A DNA stretch of 63,990 nucleotides, the filler included, from an uncultured bacterium (GTDB taxonomy: Bacteria; CAZSTA01): assembly GCA_964609495.1 (NCBI GenBank). It is 12 parts of 12 records of this genome, joined end to end, with 100 filler letters (N's around TTAATTAATTAA, not from the genome) between each part and the next. Parts side by side here need not be neighbours in the genome. Positions count along the whole stretch, not along the records: positions 61,103 to 63,990 come from CAZSTA010000289.1; 11 more parts are not named here. One strand, 5' to 3'. The notes beneath the pieces are model-generated. The model saw only the letters and a list, made by a program, of their open reading frames with translations, was not told the DNA's origin and ran no database searches. Numbering within the stretch: the first letter of the stretch is position 1; each line of letters starts with the position of its first letter. Positions 62,427 to 63,990 of this stretch are shown here, one piece after another. A program made the position numbers and the translations under genes.

Positions 62427-63227
62427 ATGGCAGAAAAGAGAGAAACAAAAGCCCTGGAGATAGGAGAAGCCAAATCTTTGAAGGCGGATATCAAGTTCGG
62501 TTTAGGTAAACTTAAGATAGGTGTGGGAGCAGGAGATAAGCTCTGTCTCGGGGATTTTAGCTATGATGATCGCTGGATCACGCCAGAAGTGGAGTATAAG
62601 GAAGCGGAGGGAGTGGGAAAACTGACGGTATCCCATAAGGGTGATCCTCTCGACTGGATAAGCATTGCTTTAACTGAGATCTCTAAGGATATTATTAAGT
62701 GGGATTTAAGATTCACCGATCAAATTCCCATAGACTTAACGCTCAATATGGGGGCTAATGATTGTGATGTAGATCTGACTAGCCTAAAGATCTCTGCTCT
62801 GGAGATGAATATAGGAGCTACTGATATGGACCTCTGGTTCAACGAGCCAAACGAGATTGAACTGAAGAGCATCAAAGTGCGAGCTGGAGCAGCCGATCTA
62901 GTGATGAAAGGTCTGGGGAATGCTAATATGGATGCTTTTGAGTTTCAAGGTGGAGCGGGAGATTTCAAATTGGATTTCTCCGGGGATCTCAAGGGGGAAG
63001 TGAAAACGAAGTTTAGCATGGGGGTTGGCAAGCTCGACCTCCAGGTGCCAAAAAGCCTTGGGGTAAGGATAAAGGTAACGTCCTTTCTTGGAGATCTCAA
63101 TATGCCGGGGTTAAATAAGGTGGATGGTACTGCGGTAAGCGAGAATTACGATACCGCGGAAGGAAAGCTCGATATCGATCTTGATATGGGCTTGGGGCAG
63201 TTCAACTTCAAGTTCATCGAAGCCTAA
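62427..63227 (+). CDS. Toast-rack / DUF2154-like beta-solenoid protein
   Basis: Repeated GAG/GVG beta-turn motifs and LQVPKSLGVRI. Confidence 0.7.
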   Translation: MAEKRETKALEIGEAKSLKADIKFGLGKLKIGVGAGDKLCLGDFSYDDRWITPEVEYKEAEGVGKLTVSHKGDPLDWISIALTEISKDIIKWDLRFTDQIPIDLTLNMGANDCDVDLTSLKISALEMNIGATDMDLWFNEPNEIELKSIKVRAGAADLVMKGLGNANMDAFEFQGGAGDFKLDFSGDLKGEVKTKFSMGVGKLDLQVPKSLGVRIKVTSFLGDLNMPGLNKVDGTAVSENYDTAEGKLDIDLDMGLGQFNFKFIEA

Positions 63228-63307
63228 CTTTAATGGTATGCTCATAGTCGCCAACTACTTAAAGTTGGCGACTATCTGTCTTTAATTCAATCTGGGGAGG
63301 AGGATCG

Positions 63308-63904
63308 ATGAGCGATCTGAAGATATTAGGGATAAGTGGTAGTCCTAGAAAAGGGAGAAATACCGACTATTGCGTTAAGGAAGCACTGAAGGTGGTCGAA
63401 GAGGAGGGTTTAGAGCCTCAATTCTTGAGCTTAGCCGATAAGGAAATCAAGCCTTGTACCTCCTGTTGGGTCTGTCGAGAGAAGAAGGAATGTAATATAA
63501 GGGATGATATGGACGAGATTATCCCTAGGCTGGAGGAGAGCGCGGGTATAATAATTGCATCACCGGTATATATGGGTTTAATGAGTGCTTCTCTGAGAGC
63601 GATGATGGAGAGGGCTCTGGTCACCAGAATGCGCGATTTTAGTCTGCATAATAAGGTAGGTGGAGCGATAGCGATAGGTGGTGGTCGCAACGGAGGGCAG
63701 GAATATACGATTCACGGAATACACAATTGGTTTATGCAAGTGGATATGATCGTAGTCGGCGATGGGAAACCTGAAGGGCATTATGGGGGAATGGTATGGT
63801 TAGCTGGGAAGGATGCTGAGCACGATGAGGACGGATTGAGGACGGTCAGAAGTGTGGCTAGAAGGGTGGTGGAGGTAGCAAAGCTGATCTGGGGGAATAG
63901 ATAA
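63308..63904 (+). CDS. Iron-sulfur flavoprotein (multimeric flavodoxin/Isf family)
   Basis: GISGSPRK, CTSCWVC..C, ASPVY and GGRNGGQE motifs. Confidence 0.9.
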   Translation: MSDLKILGISGSPRKGRNTDYCVKEALKVVEEEGLEPQFLSLADKEIKPCTSCWVCREKKECNIRDDMDEIIPRLEESAGIIIASPVYMGLMSASLRAMMERALVTRMRDFSLHNKVGGAIAIGGGRNGGQEYTIHGIHNWFMQVDMIVVGDGKPEGHYGGMVWLAGKDAEHDEDGLRTVRSVARRVVEVAKLIWGNR

Positions 63905-63990
63905 ATATATTGAAACTACTCCTAAATTCAGCTAAGCACGTGAACATCGGCGTGCTACGAGATTTTGGTTTGAACTCCCCTAATCCACCC

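Overview
This window is not one continuous locus. It is 12 unrelated contig pieces of about 5.0-5.7 kb, sorted by decreasing length and joined by 100-nt N linkers containing TTAATTAATTAA. That layout is typical of a concatenated draft MAG/SAG. The organism looks like an uncultured bacterium, probably anaerobic and diderm (inference). Housekeeping content: nrdR with tandem NrdR boxes, two paaK paralogs, livF, a GH57 branching enzyme, a peptide/sugar ABC (family 5) locus, pglF/capD, rpoN, pcm, dnaA-oriC-dnaN, hisH/hisA, aspS, proA, and a GH38-like hydrolase. Most notable items: (1) a standalone ~300-bp HEARO/omegaRNA (IscB-type IS200/IS605) element with no nuclease ORF; (2) a bipartite oriC in which dnaA is flanked by two exported-protein genes; (3) a membrane protein whose PA14 domain is split by three apparently nested carbohydrate-binding-like modules; (4) a c-di-GMP-II riboswitch, predicted ON switch, in front of a BNR-repeat surface protein with hypervariable repeat positions; (5) a 47-bp TA-flanked palindromic MITE that appears to nest inside itself; (6) a repeated motif lying 20-21 bp upstream of the -35 box of three unrelated sigma70 promoters; (7) a tandem [promoter-SBP-DppB] array with a decayed unit. 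All family assignments come from motif recognition by eye; no database searches were run.
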